A DNA stretch of 64,000 nucleotides from the human T2T-CHM13v2.0 reference genome, Homo sapiens. A model generated the notes under the pieces. The model made no database searches. It saw nothing but the letters and a program-made list of their open reading frames with translations, and was not told the DNA's origin. A program made the translations under genes and the position numbers. Shown one piece after another: positions 1 to 16,655 of this stretch. Each line of letters begins with the position of its first letter. Position 1 is the first letter of the stretch. The DNA lies in NCBI RefSeq assembly GCF_009914755.1, contig NC_060929.1; one strand, 5' to 3'.

Positions 1-460
1 CATGGGCTGAGAGCTCCTGTCCTGCGCTATTTCTACAAGCCCAAGCCAGCAAGCTAGTGAGGCTGCCTCTGCCACCAAAGAGAGGAAGCCAGAGAGTACC
101 ACAAAGCCACCATGCAGCCTCCGGGACTTCCCACCTCCTCTCGAGGGCTGGCTCACACCCTTTGTCCCCGAGTGTCCTTCCTTCTTGAATGAAGATGACC
201 AGACTCCTCCCAAGCACAGCAGCTGCCCCTGGCCTGGCCCTCTCCCCTCTGTGTGTCTAAGTTGGTCTGATGCTTGCTCAGAGGCTGGGGCCACTGCAAC
301 CACCCTTGCCAGGGAGAGGGCAGAGGCATCCCAGCACTAACACTGGGAAGGGCCGCCAGCGCGGGGCTTCTTCACCTCAGGTCCATGTACAGGATTCTGC
401 ACAAATAAGGACCTCCTGAAACTGCAGGTGCTCTTCCAGGAAGAGGGAAGAAAGCTTTTG

Positions 461-544
461 TTGGAATCTCTAAGTGGTCCATGATGCTCCCCAAAGTTAA
501 ACTTGGATTCTCTAAGTGGTCCAAGATGCTCCCCAAAGTTAAAG
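461..544. repeat. 42-bp tandem duplication (2 copies, 3 mismatches)
   Basis: ttggaatctctaagtggtccatgatgctccccaaagttaaac / ttggattctctaagtggtccaagatgctccccaaagttaaag. Confidence 0.92.
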
Positions 545-817
545 TAGAAGAAAATCTGGCTATCATTGAATCCAGGGGCCCAAGGAATGCACACCAATGC
601 CAATACTACCCTCGTGGCTGCTGTCTGCTCCTTCCTCTGCCCTTGGGCAATATGGTCTGTAGAGCAGTTCCAAGTGATTTTCTCCACATCTTCTCATTTG
701 ATTCCCCAAGCAATTCTGTGAGGGAGGTGTCATCAGGCCCATCTTACATAAGAGGAGACTGAGGCAAGGGGCAGAAAAACCTGCCCAATCTTACCCAGCT
801 TGAAAGTGGCTCCTATA

Positions 818-1570
<753 letters not shown>

Positions 1571-2085
1571 AGTAGTCAGGCAATTTTCCCTGCTGAGGGT
1601 ATATCAGGCTGGGCATCTTGATCAACTCTTAAGAGACAGCGCTGGAATAAAGACAACAATGTCTGGTCATTCCAAGAGGGGCACTACCATGAGCCGCCAC
1701 TTCCTGAGCAGCTGGCAAGGTCTTAGAATTTTTCCCTGTGGCAGTCACTCAGTCCTCAACATTACCCTACAAAGTACAGCTACTCCCATTTCACAATAGA
1801 GCAAGTGGAAGCCCAGAAGCAAAGTGAGGGAGGCCCATGGCCACAAAGCCCAGGAGTGGCAGAGGCAGGATTCGAACCTGGGTGTACTAGATTCCAAACT
1901 CAGGCTCTTTTCTATCAAGTGAGCCTCTTGTGTGGGACTGAGCTTAGGTTCAGACTCAGGCTGACCTGGGGAAAATTCACCTTCACCTCTTCCAAACTGT
2001 GCCTCTCTTTCATTATCATTTTGTTAAAAGTCCCTTTTATTATTCTGAACCTCAGCTTCCTCATCTGTAAGAGAGGAATGACAGG

Positions 2086-2374
2086 TTTTTTTGTTTTTGT
2101 TTTTGAGACAGAGGCTCCCTCTGTCACCCAGGCTGGAGTGCAGTGGCGGCGATCACTGCTCACTGCAGCCTCAACCTCCTTGGCCCGAGCAATTCTCCCA
2201 TCTCAGCTTCCTGAGTATCTGGGACTACAGGCACGTACCACTATGCCCGGCTAATTTTTTTTTTATTTTTAGTAGAGACAGGATCTGACTATGTTGCTCA
2301 GGCTGGTCTTGAACTCCTGTGCTCAAGCAATCCTTCCGCCTCGGCCTCCTAAAGTGCTGGGATTACAGGCGTGA
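2086..2374 (-). mobile_element. Alu (AluJ-like)
   Basis: Antisense Alu body; flanking repeat gaatgacag. Confidence 0.88.
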
Positions 2375-4064
2375 GGGAATGACAGTTTTTATTGGGCAGT
2401 TTCGTGAGAAAATGAAGTGGAAAGGGAACACAATAAGCTCTGTATCCTTTGATTTACCTTGTGTAGAAATTATAAGTGAAGCCAGAGGCTATGAGCCTGA
2501 ATGGCAGTTCAATCCTGTAAGCCCAGGAGGACTGGAGACAAAGGTGCTTTGAGACTATTTCCCCATATTTCATGATGGCGACACAAATTGGGAAATGCTT
2601 ACCAGACACCAACGCCAAAGACACTAAGAACAAAAACATTAGCCAGCACGAGCGAAACACCCCAAATTATCAGATTTATATTATTCTGTATCTTTATGAT
2701 TATTTTCAAATTTATGAAACTGTGTCTTGGCTCCCGTGTTGGTAAGGCATTCCCTTGTGACATCCGATTCAAAGGTTTACTGTTGCCTCTTACAGTCTCC
2801 CTTCACTCCAAAACCACGCACTTCTGTGCGCTCACTATGAGAAGCTGTGTTTACTCGCTCCGTGCTCGTCACAGGAAATGGTGCATATTGGGATATATTT
2901 ATTGCAGAAACTTAGGTCTACTCATCTGTGTGCTAGCAAACCATCAGTCCTGAGTGGTGTACTCGGAAGTCTGTGAACTCGATTTTGGAGGTCGCTGTGT
3001 GTGTGTATAAATATAAATGGCCTGACTTCACTTGTTAAAACACTTTCATGCTTTCTCCTCACAAGTCTATTTAAAAAATTTTTGTGATTCCAGCAGATCA
3101 TTTCCAAAAGGGAGCATGTGTCTTTCTCTCTTGATACACATACAGTGCTTGGCACACTGCCCGCCACGCTGGCTGCTCAGCAAACTCAGCCTTGGTTACG
3201 GCTGCTGCCTGGGGCATCCAGCGAACGCAGCGCCAAGAGCAGCAGCATCTACTTCTGGAACAGAGCCTGGCTGGTACTTTTCAGCCCTTCTCGAATGAGC
3301 CCAGACGGACCCCAAACTCTGCCCGCTCTTGCTCCTGTGACCCCAGGACACTCCCAGCACCTTGGGCTGATCTCTTTTCCCCACTGCTATTTCTCCGTTA
3401 GCCAGATCCCTTCCTGCTTTCCCCAAAGCACCCGGGCCGGCCAGAGTGTTGGTGCGTAAGTGCGGGTAAGCAGGCGGTGCTAGAGTTTTATGTGGTGTGC
3501 ACTGTGTGGCTGGGGCTGCTGGCTGTGTAGCGACAGGCGTCTGGGCAAGTGGCCTGTCCACTGCAGGGAGAAGTGACAGGGAGGCAGGGCTGTGGTGGGC
3601 ATTTTGGAGAGCTTCGGAGCCTGGCTGGTCAGGATGAAATCCCGGCCCCGTTGCTCACCGGCAGTGGGGTCTTCGTTGGTTTGGGTTGCTCCCGCATTCA
3701 CATCCCTGGCAGTTCCCGAGCACACCCACCTCCACCTCTGTGGACAGAAGCTAGATGAATCTACGGCTCAGCCCCTGCCTCACGGGCTCAGCCTGCTCAG
3801 TTCCGACACACCTCGATAAGTGCTGTGGGCAGGTGGAGAGTATGATGGGATGACAGGAGTGGCACTCAGCCAGTTTCCTTCACCTGTCAAACGGACGATC
3901 ACTACCCACTTACAGCAACTCTGAAGGCTAAGTGAAGTGCGGTCTCACAGGGGCTCAGCCGACGAAACCCACTTTTGGCTGCACTTTGCTTTACTTGGGG
4001 GTGGCTGGACTGGCAGGAGGGAGGGCTGTGGGGCTCCATCTGGGGAAGCCCACAAACAAACTTA

Positions 4065-4402
<338 letters not shown>

Positions 4403-4422
4403 TTAGGAATGCCATATACCAC

Positions 4423-4585
4423 CAGTGGCTCTCAGACTCGGGAAGGCACCAAAATCACTTGGAGGGCTTATTAAAACACAGATCGTGGAGCCCCACCCGA
4501 GTTTCTGATCCAGTAGTTCTGCGGAGGGGGCTGAGGATGTGCATTTCTAAAAAAGTTTCCTGGTGATGCTGCTGGTTTGGAGAAC
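4423..4585. mobile_element. MER5A-like hAT MITE
   Basis: cagtggctctca...aatcacttggagggcttattaaaacacagat...gtttctgatccagtag...tgcatttctaa...ggtgatgctg. Confidence 0.75.
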
Positions 4586-4586
4586 A

Positions 4587-4611
4587 ACACACACACACAC
4601 ACACACACACA
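4587..4611. repeat. (CA)n microsatellite
   Basis: acacacac run. Confidence 0.9.
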
Positions 4612-4763
4612 ATGTATGATATACACGCATATATTATAGGCATATTTGTTCAAGTAATATGTCCATATTTAGGCAAAATCAGACCATACTGTACATGCTA
4701 TTTAGTAAACCTATGCTTTCACTTAGCTATAAATTGTCAACTTCATGCCATTTCATTATTCTT

Positions 4764-5070
4764 ATTTATTTATGTTGAGACAGGATCTTGCTCTGTCACT
4801 CAGGCTGGAGTGCAGTGGTGCAGCCTCGGCTCACCACAACCTCTGCCTCCTGGGTTCAAGCGATTTTTGTGCCCTAGTCTCCTGAGTAGCTGGGATTATA
4901 GGCATGTGCTACCATGCCTGGCTAATTTTTTTTTTTTTTTGTATTTTTAGTAGAGACAGGGTTTCGGCATGTTGGCCAGGCTGGTCTCGAACTCCCGGCC
5001 TCAAGTGATCCACCCACTTCAGCCTCCCAAAGTGCTGGGATTACAGGTGTTTGAGCCACTGCACCTGGCT
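4764..5070 (-). mobile_element. Alu (AluS-like)
   Basis: Full antisense Alu; TSD catttcattattctt. Confidence 0.9.
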
Positions 5071-5347
5071 CATTTCATTATTCTTCTATAACATCATCTA
5101 TACTGGATACTGGATTTTGTACAGCTGTGTCATACTTTATTCAACTCGTCTACTGGTGAATCTTTAGGTTATTTCCAACATGCTCACATATATGTCTTAA
5201 CTCACGAATCTGAAGCATTAAAGTGAAGGGACTGTTTTATGATTTGGATAGAGGTTCAAAGTCTCCAAGTTGATGAGGGGTTGAAACAGATCTTCCACTG
5301 GCCAAATTCCACATTAATCTGCCCCAGTGACTCACTGGCTGTGTAGC

Positions 5348-5401
5348 CCTCCACAATGCTGGTTTATTTACTAACCTCCACAAAGCTGGTTTATCTACTA
5401 A
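5348..5401. repeat. 27-bp tandem duplication (2 copies, 2 mismatches)
   Basis: cctccacaatgctggtttatttactaa / cctccacaaagctggtttatctactaa. Confidence 0.9.
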
Positions 5402-5623
5402 CAGGTATTCATTCAATGATTCAATGAGCAAAAATTTTCTTTGTGCTCAGCACTGCACTAGTTTCTGTGCCAAATACAACAGAAGTGCAGGGTACACTCT
5501 GCTCGTTGAAGGATCCGAAACTCAGACATGGCCATCATGAATAAACAGCTCAGTTTAACAAATATTTACTTAAGCCTCCTTTGGCCCGGGCCCTGGACCA
5601 GGGTAATGAGGATGCAGATCTGA

Positions 5624-6174
<551 letters not shown>

Positions 6175-6349
6175 TGTGTCTTGCATTTTCTATATAACCA
6201 GCCCTTAATAGCTCACCACCCAACTCCCAAAGTGATGTGCCGACGCTGCAGCAGTACTGGGCTCTCGTGGACCAACGGAGAGATGAATGGAGGCCTCCAG
6301 TGTGGCACCTTTTACAGGGCTTTGGGGATATGTTGACCCTACACAATTA

Positions 6350-6810
6350 TTTCTCCCATTAAAAAAATTAAATTGTGGTAAAATACACACAGTAAAAAGC
6401 TTACCATCTTACCCATTTTCAAGTGTACCGTACGGTGCATTAAGTATTTAATGCATTCACACTGCTGTGCTACCAGCACCGCCATCCATCCACAGAACTC
6501 TATTCATCTTGCAAAACTGAAACTCTGTACCCATTAAACAACAACTACCCTTCCACCCTCCCCCAGCAACCACCATTCTACTTCTGTCTCTAGGGATTGA
6601 TGATTCCAGGTAGCTCATATAAGTGGAATCATACAGTGTTTGTCTTTTTGAGTCTGGCTGATGTCATTTAGCATGCTCATCCATTCAAGGTTCATGCTTG
6701 CAGCAGGCGTAAACACTTCCTTCCTTTTAAAGGCTGAGTAATATTCCATTGTCTGGATACACCGCATTTTGCTTATCATTCACCTGTCGATGGACACTTG
6801 GGTTGCCAAC
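6350..6810 (-). mobile_element. Old L1M (L1MB-like) 3' end fragment
   Basis: aaattgtggtaaaatacac...aaactgaaactctgtacccattaaacaac...aagtggaatcatacag...gatggacacttgggttg. Confidence 0.75.
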
Positions 6811-8654
6811 CCTACATTACTTTGAATCAGGCTCTAACTTTAAGTCCCCGAGCTGCAATCTGCTCCAGACTCAAAATGGATAAACACATCATGAGGGACG
6901 TGGATGGTCTAGTAGGGCACCTTCCCTGGTCACTGTCCACCCTTCCACCCTTCTGAGGGGTGACTAAAGGGCTCACCGATTTTTAAAATTAGCCTTTAAG
7001 TAGCTCCTGCTCTGCAGCAAATCCTTAAGGACTGTTTCCAGAGTTGAATCAGGGAGTCCCAGAGACAGGAGCAGGCCCTTCCCTCCCTCACCTCCTGTTT
7101 CTGGTCCCCCTTCTTTTTCTGGTTCCAAGCAGTGAGTGGTCATTCTCCTGGCCTGGATGAGCTGCTGTCTGCTCCCCCCTCCCCATGGGCCTCTTTTTCC
7201 TCTGAAATCCTGCAGCCCTTGCAGTTGGAGCCACATAATGAAGGAGCTGATTATATGCTGGACTGTGGTGTGTCCTGGCTGCTTTGTGTGCAAATATCTT
7301 GTGGCTTCCCCCCAAGACTACAATAACAGCACTCCTCGACCTTGGCTTAGCACTGGGAGGCTCCTGAAACGTGTTCATTTGTGTCACTTTATGTAACCCT
7401 GGGAAGGCTGGCCCATTTAAGAGATGGGGAAATGGAGGCTCTGTTGAGGTGGCTTGGTCTAGAGAGTCCAGGAAAGGCTGACTGCAAACCTCTACCTTAA
7501 ATCCACAAAAGGCGGCAGGGTGGCAGCTGTTCCTCCTTCACCTTCCCTACGTGCCTAGACAGTGCTGGGGAGACCCTAAATAACACGAGGCAACAGCCCG
7601 GAGCTGGCCATGTGTCTCTGCTAGAGGAGACCTGGGTGGGTGTGGGGCATGGCCCCTGGAGGTGGTCACTGTCTCTGCCTGGAGGGGGCCTCCCAGGATG
7701 GGCAGAGGCCCCAAATGGACCAGAAGGGGAAGGGACAACGAGGCCCATGGAAACCTCCTGATGATGCCAAGTTCTCTTCTGGTTTTGAGCTATGCCTAGG
7801 AAGTAAAAGCCAAACCAAACCCCTAAACCATAAAAGAAGTCAAGTTACTAATAAAAGGCAGGGCTGAATGCTTTGATGTTGGCCCATTTCATTTGGGATG
7901 GACTTGGCTACCAGTAAAAAATGACCCGGGGCTGGAGAAACCATTCTGCTTCTGAAAGACTCCAGGATAGTCCTAAGTCCTGTCAGTAGTGACAAAGAAC
8001 CACAGCTCCAGCAAACTCAGTCCTGTTCTGGAACGGATCCTGGCGCTTTGGACAGATGTGGCTGATGCAGGCACGAGAGAGGAGAGCAAGTCCTGCTTGC
8101 AGAGGGTAACAATAAAGGTCAGAGAGAACCAGCTCCTGACTCTGGCCTCGTCACTTCCTGGCTGTGAGATTCTGGCCAAGTCTCACTGCCTCTCTGAGCC
8201 TCAGTCTACTCATCTGTAAAGCGGAAATAAAGAACACCCATCTTGGAGGGCTGTGCTATAGAATAAGTGAGGAAGTGGTTGTATGGTTTCCATCATATAT
8301 TAGCTGCTTGATGGACACTGGATAACCCTGTTGGCTCTCTATACTGTCCCAGGTACAAGAATATAGTGTTTCCAAAGGCGATTTCAGAGGCAGCCAGATG
8401 ATTATGTTAAATGACAATATCTTGGCTAGGGAGAAGGTTCATGTTTTCTCAATTCTCTTTCAACCCTCTTTAATTTAAAAAAGAATGCCCCAGAGAAGTA
8501 ACACTTGTCTAACTTGCTTCCTGAGAGCAGGACGGGCTCTGCAGAGCCTCCGGTAGGCAGGTAACAGCAGTTAGCCAGATTTAAGAACGTTTTCTGTTGT
8601 TGTTGTTGTTTTATTGTTTTTATTTTTTATTTTTATGGCAGGCACATGATACCC

Positions 8655-8952
<298 letters not shown>

Positions 8953-9799
8953 GATACCAGTTTTATGTTATGGTTGTGATATAAAGTTTTCTCGAAGACA
9001 TATTGTTTTCAGAAGTTCAAAAAGTCAGGAAGCCCTCAGCACAGTAGGCAGCAAGCCAGTCTCATAATCTGAAGAAGTTCAAAAAGTGAGTTGAAGAAAA
9101 ATATGAATAATAATATAGGTGGGTGGTGTATGACAGAATTCCAGAAGGGAAGTCTCAAGTGACTGGAGCCTGGTAAATACTACTGTTATGTTGCCCATAG
9201 TTTAAAATACTACAGCATGGGCACACACACTCACAAGTGTGTATGTTTGCATGTGTGTTCCATTTAAGCTACACCGTATGATGCTTAGTTACTACCTGAA
9301 GTCCCCTCATTGAGAATGAACACTGGTGCAAGTGAAAGACTCTAATCAGAAGTCCACACTTCAGAAAAGGCTGCTTCAGGGCTTTAGCTGTCTTCATTGT
9401 GGATCAATGCCACAGCCTTTATTCATTAGCTTAACTGTTGTTAGAATTTTTGTTTTCTACTGGTGAAATGCTCCTAGAAATATTCTCAGACACTCTGGCC
9501 CTTGCACAAACAGAACCTGGTGAGCCCAGTACCGTACACCCTTCAGAACGGGGCCCTGGGTCTAGGATTTAGGGTTCAGCCTCTTCTTGAGGATTTTACT
9601 GTCAGACCACGGTTAGGATGAGCTGATCCTGCCTCTAGAATGTGGTTGCATCTGCCTTGAGGAATCATTCATGCAAAGAGATGTCAGACAGACAACTGGG
9701 ATTTCAAGGAGCTTCCAGAAAAACTTGAGTGGCTATTTATGAGGTGGCTTGATAATAAATACTTGTATGTGTGACAGGATTCAGCTAAGTCATATTTTC

Positions 9800-10250
9800 A
9801 TTGTGTCTTTTGATGAACAGAAGTTCTTAAATTTAATGTATTCAAATAAACCAATCTTTTTGTGCTTGGTATCCTTTTTGTATCTTTAGAAATCCTATAC
9901 CTAGAGATTATAAATATATTTTCCTAATGTTATCTCCTAAAACATTTTGTAATATTGCCTCTTACATTTATGTCTTTAATTTTCTTGGAAATGATTTCAT
10001 GTGTGGTGTGAGGCAGGGATAAGTTATCTTTTTTGTTTTTTTCCCATGTGGATACCCATTTATTGAGGAATGATCTGCAAGGCTGCCTTTGTCAGTATCA
10101 CAGTGCCCATCCAAATACACATGGATCTGTTTCTGGGTTTTCTATTTGTTTCAAGAGTCTGTCTATCCTTGTGCTAATACTGCACTATGTTAACTACTGT
10201 AACTTTACAATAGGTCTGGTAGAGCAGAAAGTTTCTTCCATTGTAATATA
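9800..10250 (-). mobile_element. Degraded L1M ORF2/3' fragment
   Basis: ttttgatgaacagaagttcttaaatttaatgta...ggatctgtttctggg...ttaactactgtaactttacaatagg. Confidence 0.6.
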
Positions 10251-11084
10251 AACTTGGTAGCTAAATTTGGGGTATCATCTATAGCTCTCATCTATCTCTA
10301 TTAGAGACCTTCATTTTCTACTAAAATAAAGCTGGTTATGATAGATCAAATTGGCTTCAGTTGGTTCACAACAATGTCAGTAACAGATACCCAAATGTCA
10401 TGTAACAGCCTATGTAGTCTATAAAAGAAAGGGATCATTTCATCAGTTCCCTTGAAGCTGAGCCCAGGAAATCTGGCCAAAAAACTCCAAATATCCACTC
10501 TATTTATTATGTTTCATTAATAGCAGGGGGTAGTAACTTCCCCGTGGCTCATTTAACATAAGCAGTTCCCTCCCTGTGGTTAGTCCAAGTGAATTCATTA
10601 TCTCTGTACCATTTCAAGCATCAGGCTGCTGCTATCCTGTATTACTCTCGGATTTTAAATTTCCTTTTCAAAACCAAAAGTCCAGGAGTTGGTGAAGCCC
10701 TGGGTGCAAGGAAAGTCTGACTCTGGAGAGAAGTCAGGTGGGCTGGGCAAGAAGCAGAATAGGCTGATTTGGGCTGAGGGACAACAGATTCTGGGGAAGT
10801 TATGAACTGGAACTTCCCGGCTAGGCAAGGTGACCCTATAGTCCTTGCCAGCAGGGCCTGGACAAAAGAAGATCATCTCCAGAATTGGAATTTCAGGCTC
10901 TAGAGGTTTGGAAAGTGACAAGGAAGAGCTGAACCTTCTTCTGAGGGCTGGGAGGCAACAGCAGCGCTGATGGCTGCCCCTTAGCCCTGGCCCTTCCTTT
11001 GTCATCAGGTACTTAGAAGACAGAAGAGTCTGGGTTTATCTGGCTCTAAGAAACACACATTTGAATATCTTGGCCTTTTGCATT

Positions 11085-11390
<306 letters not shown>

Positions 11391-11555
11391 TTGCATTTTT
11401 ACTTTCTTAGAGGCCATAAGTGGTATGTGAGTGTGGAGGTGTAAAAGGCTTGAGTCCAACTCTCTAACACTCAAACCTAAAATCTTATTGTAAGTAACTT
11501 TGTTGGGCCTCCACCTCCTCATCTACACAATGGGAATAATAAAACTTACTCCTGC

Positions 11556-11781
11556 CTAGGAATTCGAGACCAGCCTGGACAACATGGTGAAACCTCATCT
11601 CTACCAAAAAAAAAAAAAAAAAAAAAAAATTGGTATGTGCTGGTAGTTCCAGCTACTCAGGAGGCTGAGGTGGGAGGATCACTTGAGCCTAGGAGACTGA
11701 GGTTGCAGTGAACCAAGGTCACCCTACTGTATCCAGCCTGGGAGATAGAGCAAGACCTTGTCTCAAAATAATAAAAATAAA
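11556..11781 (+). mobile_element. 5'-truncated Alu (AluJ-like)
   Basis: ggaattcgagaccagcctggacaacatggtg...gcaagaccttgtctcaaaataataaaaataaa. Confidence 0.85.
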
Positions 11782-11930
11782 GCCTACTCCTCAAAGTGGT
11801 TGGAGAGATAAGACAAGGTCCCATCTGGCAAAGAGCAGATGCCAATCAGGAGAGGTTTTCTGACCTTCTTTGATATCTCCTGCCAAGAGAGGGATCATCT
11901 GTCCCCACACTGCCCCCTTCTGTTCAACAC

Positions 11931-12056
11931 TTTTTTTGTAGAGATGGGGGTCTCACTATGTTGCCCAGGCTGGTCTCAAACTCCTGGCCTGAAGCAGTCT
12001 TCCCACCTTAGCCTCCCAAACTGCTGGGATTACAGGCATGAGCCACTGCGCCTGGA
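11931..12056 (-). mobile_element. Alu left monomer / FLAM
   Basis: gtagagatgggggtctcactatgttgcccagg...gagccactgcgcctgg. Confidence 0.8.
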
Positions 12057-12429
12057 CTAATACTTTTTAACAGATTTACCGTGGCATAAATTACATACCA
12101 TAAAATTTACCCATTATAAGTGCACAATATCAATGTTATTTGGTAAATTACAGAGTTGTGCAGCAATCACCACAATCTAGTTTCAAAACTTTTCCATCAC
12201 TTCAAAAATGTCCCCCAACCTAATTTACAGGTCATCTCTGTTTCTTCTACCACCCCCAGGTCTGGGAAACCACTGATCTGCTTTTTGCCTCCATAAATTT
12301 GCCTTTTCTGCAGATTTCATATAAACAGAATCATACAATATGTAGTTGTACACATCTGGCTTCTTTCACTTAGCATTATGCTTTGGAGATTCATCCAGCT
12401 TGTAGCATTTACCAGTGTTTCATTGCTTA

Positions 12430-12593
12430 ATTTATTTATTTAGAGCTGGAGTCTTGCTCTGTCACCCAGGCTGGAGTACAGTAGCACTATCAAGGCTCAT
12501 GGCAGCCTCCAACTCCTGGACTCAAGCAATCCTCCTGCCTCAGCCTTCTGTGTCCTGGGAGTGCAGGCTCAAGCCACTGTGGCACGCTCCCAG
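12430..12593 (-). mobile_element. Alu monomer fragment
   Basis: gagtcttgctctgtcacccaggctggagtacagt...ctcaagcaatcctcctgcctcagcc. Confidence 0.75.
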
Positions 12594-12852
12594 TGCCTTT
12601 TATTGCCAAATAAAAAGATATGTCTATTGTATGGATATTACACATTTTGTGTATCCATGCACCAGCTGATGAACTTGTGGATCACTTCCAGTTGTTGGCT
12701 ATTATGAATTAATGTTGCCATGAACATTTGCAGCCAAGTCTTTGTGTGGACACAAGTTTTCAATTCGCTTGAGTATATACCTAAGAGTGGTCATATGACA
12801 AGTTTAACTTTTGAGGAAACTGCCAAACTGTCTTCCAAAGTAGCTTCCCGTC

Positions 12853-13159
12853 TTTTGTGTGTGTGTGTGTGTGTGTGTGTGACAGAGTTTTGCCCTTGTT
12901 GCCCAGGATGGAGTGCAATGACACAATCTCGGCTCACCGCAATCTCCACTTCCCGGGTTCAAGCGATTCTCCTGCCTCAGCCTCCTGAGTAGCTGGGATT
13001 ACAGGCATGCGCCACCTCGCCTGGCTAATTTTGTATTTTTAGTAGAGATGGGGTTTCTCCATTTTGGTCAGGCTGGTCTCAAACTCCCGACCTCAGGTGA
13101 TCCACCCGCCTCAGCATCCCAAAGTACTGGGATTACAGCCGTGAGCCACCACGCCCGGC
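12853..13159 (-). mobile_element. Alu (AluSp/Sq-like) with a (TG)n tail
   Basis: Full antisense Alu preceded by a (tg)n run. Confidence 0.9.
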
Positions 13160-13249
13160 TTGCAGCTTCCTATCTTAAGGGCTCCAGTTACTCTATGTTC
13201 AAACCATCACTTGGTATTGTCCTGTCTTGTTGATTATAAGCAACTCTAG

Positions 13250-13809
<560 letters not shown>

Positions 13810-14018
13810 TGAGATACAGAAGTCTATAAGTCAATTAAATTAAATTCAATTTTTATCAGTTTTTCTTTAAAGGCTCACACTTTTGGAGTCATAGCTAAAA
13901 ACTCTGCCCAACTCAAGGTCGTGATGAGTTTCTCCTATGTTTTCTTCTAGAAGTTTTACAGTTTTAGCTCTTATATTTAGGATTATGATCCACTTTGAGT
14001 TGATTTTCATGCATGGTA

Positions 14019-14066
14019 TGAGATAAGGATCTAACTTCATTTTGAGATAAGGGTCTAACTTCATTT
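14019..14066. repeat. 24-bp tandem duplication inside L1
   Basis: tgagataaggatctaacttcattt / tgagataagggtctaacttcattt. Confidence 0.9.
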
Positions 14067-14089
14067 TTTTTTTTTTGCATATGTATAGC

Positions 14090-14468
14090 TGTTGTGGGTT
14101 ATAGTGTTTTGCTCTCCACCCCCTATTTATATATTAAAGACCTAACCCCCAAGCCCCTAGAATATGAATATATTTGGAGATGGGATCTTTAAAGAGGTAA
14201 TTTAAAGTAAAATGAAGTCACTAGGGATGTGCCTTAATCCAATATAACTGTGTCTTTACAGGAACAGGAGATTAGGACATAGAAAGGTACAGAAAAGACC
14301 TTGTAAAGACACAGGGAGAAGAGGCATTTCATCTATAAACCAATGAGAGAGGTTAGAAGGCCCTGCTGCCTAGACTTCCAGTCTCCAGAACTGTAGGAAA
14401 CTAAATGATGTTGTAAGCCAACCAGTTTGTGGTATTTTGCTATGCAGCCCTAGGAAACGAATGCAACA
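14090..14468 (+). mobile_element. MaLR (MLT1-type) solo LTR inserted in an L1 fragment
   Basis: tatttggagatgggatctttaaagaggtaatt...gacttccagtctccagaactgt...gcagccctaggaaacgaatgca. Confidence 0.7.
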
Positions 14469-14481
14469 GGTGACTATCTCA

Positions 14482-14883
<402 letters not shown>

Positions 14884-15931
14884 TCAGCTGATCAAACATT
14901 TTGTAGGATTTTATTTCTGGACTCTCAATGTTGTTCCGCTGATCTACATGCCTATTTTTGTCAGTACCATACTATCCTGATTACTGCACCTTGTAGGCAG
15001 TTTTCAAAATGGGTAATATGGCTCATCTAACGTTGTTCTTTTTCAAAAGTGTTTTGACTATTTTGGATCCTTTATATTTCCACATACACTTGAGGATTGG
15101 CTTGTCAATTTCTATAAAAAAGCCTATAGAAAAGATTTTGACAGGGATTGTATTGAATATGTAGATTCATTCTGGGAGGAGTTCCATTTTAACAATATTG
15201 AGTCTTCCAATCCACAAGTATGGAATATCTCTCCATGCATTTAGATCTTCTTTAATTTTCATTGAAATGTTTTATATAAACCCTGCACTTCTTTTGTTAA
15301 ATTTATTTCTAAGTATTTTATTCTTTTTGATGCTATTGGGAGTGGGACTGTTTTCTTAATTTCATTTCTGGATTATTTGTTCCTAGGATTTAGAAATACA
15401 ATTGTTTTCTGTATATTGAGCTTTTATCCTGATTTTACTAAACTCATTGATTTGTCCTAACATTTTTTTGATGGATCTCTTATGATTTTCTGCATAGAGA
15501 ATCGTGTCATCTGTGAGTCAAGAGTCAATACTCTTTCCTTCCCAATCTGGATGGCTTTTCTTTCTTTTTTGTGTGCTTACACTGGCTAGTCCCCTAGTAA
15601 AATGTAGAACAGACATGTAAGGGTAAACATACTTGCTTTGTTCCTGATCTGAGGGGGAGATTGTTCACTGCTCCATTTAAAAAACATTTCTTGCTATTCC
15701 TACCCCTCTCCCATCAGAATCGCTAGTGATTTTAACTTGGAGAAACAAATACCAAAGAAAAGCTGCTAAACAATATAAAAACATGCTCCTTTCCTGACTA
15801 TAGCCTCAAGTCAAATGAAATATAACCAAAAGGCAGGTCTCTTGTTGTTTAGGACGTTCAAGGGACAGGAAGCCGCTGCACCATCAAACAACAGGGATTG
15901 GCTAAATAACTTTGGAAGCATGAATGTATAA

Positions 15932-16264
<333 letters not shown>

Positions 16265-16578
16265 AAGAGGATGTTTTAATAGTAGGGAAATTCTCACATA
16301 ATAATTATGGCAAAAGAGAAAGAGCAACAAAATTACACATACAGAATGGTCTCAACATCATTAAGAAATGCACATAAAGAAAAGGTGGAAAGGAAATATG
16401 TAAAACCCTTAATAACTGTTGCCTCTAAGTTGAATGATAATGAATGATTTTCCCCCTAATTTCTTTACATTCCTTTGAATTGCACAAATTTTTATTGTTG
16501 AGCATCTTGTAGCCAGAAAAAGAAAAGAAAACAGAATACACCTACAGGGAAGACTGCGTGGGCATTTCTCAGCCTTAC

Positions 16579-16655
16579 CTTACAGTATTCATCAATTGGT
16601 ATCAGGCGTTTGACAGCCACGTCCCGGATGTGGCTTCGTCTGAAGAGAATCTTAC
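16579..16655 (-). CDS. SH3PXD2B: SH3PXD2B coding exon (exon 4), PX domain, 77 nt, phase 1-0
   Basis: ctcatcttctgcag|GTAAGATTC...TGTAAG|gtaagg; translates (G)[25 protein letters not shown], also visible inside ORF 16492..16713. Confidence 0.97.

Noticed and set aside
3150-3820. Mildly CpG-enriched region with several overlapping ORFs as an internal promoter or exon
   Set aside because: CpG density looks well below island level by eye; no coherent splice sites or protein similarity.
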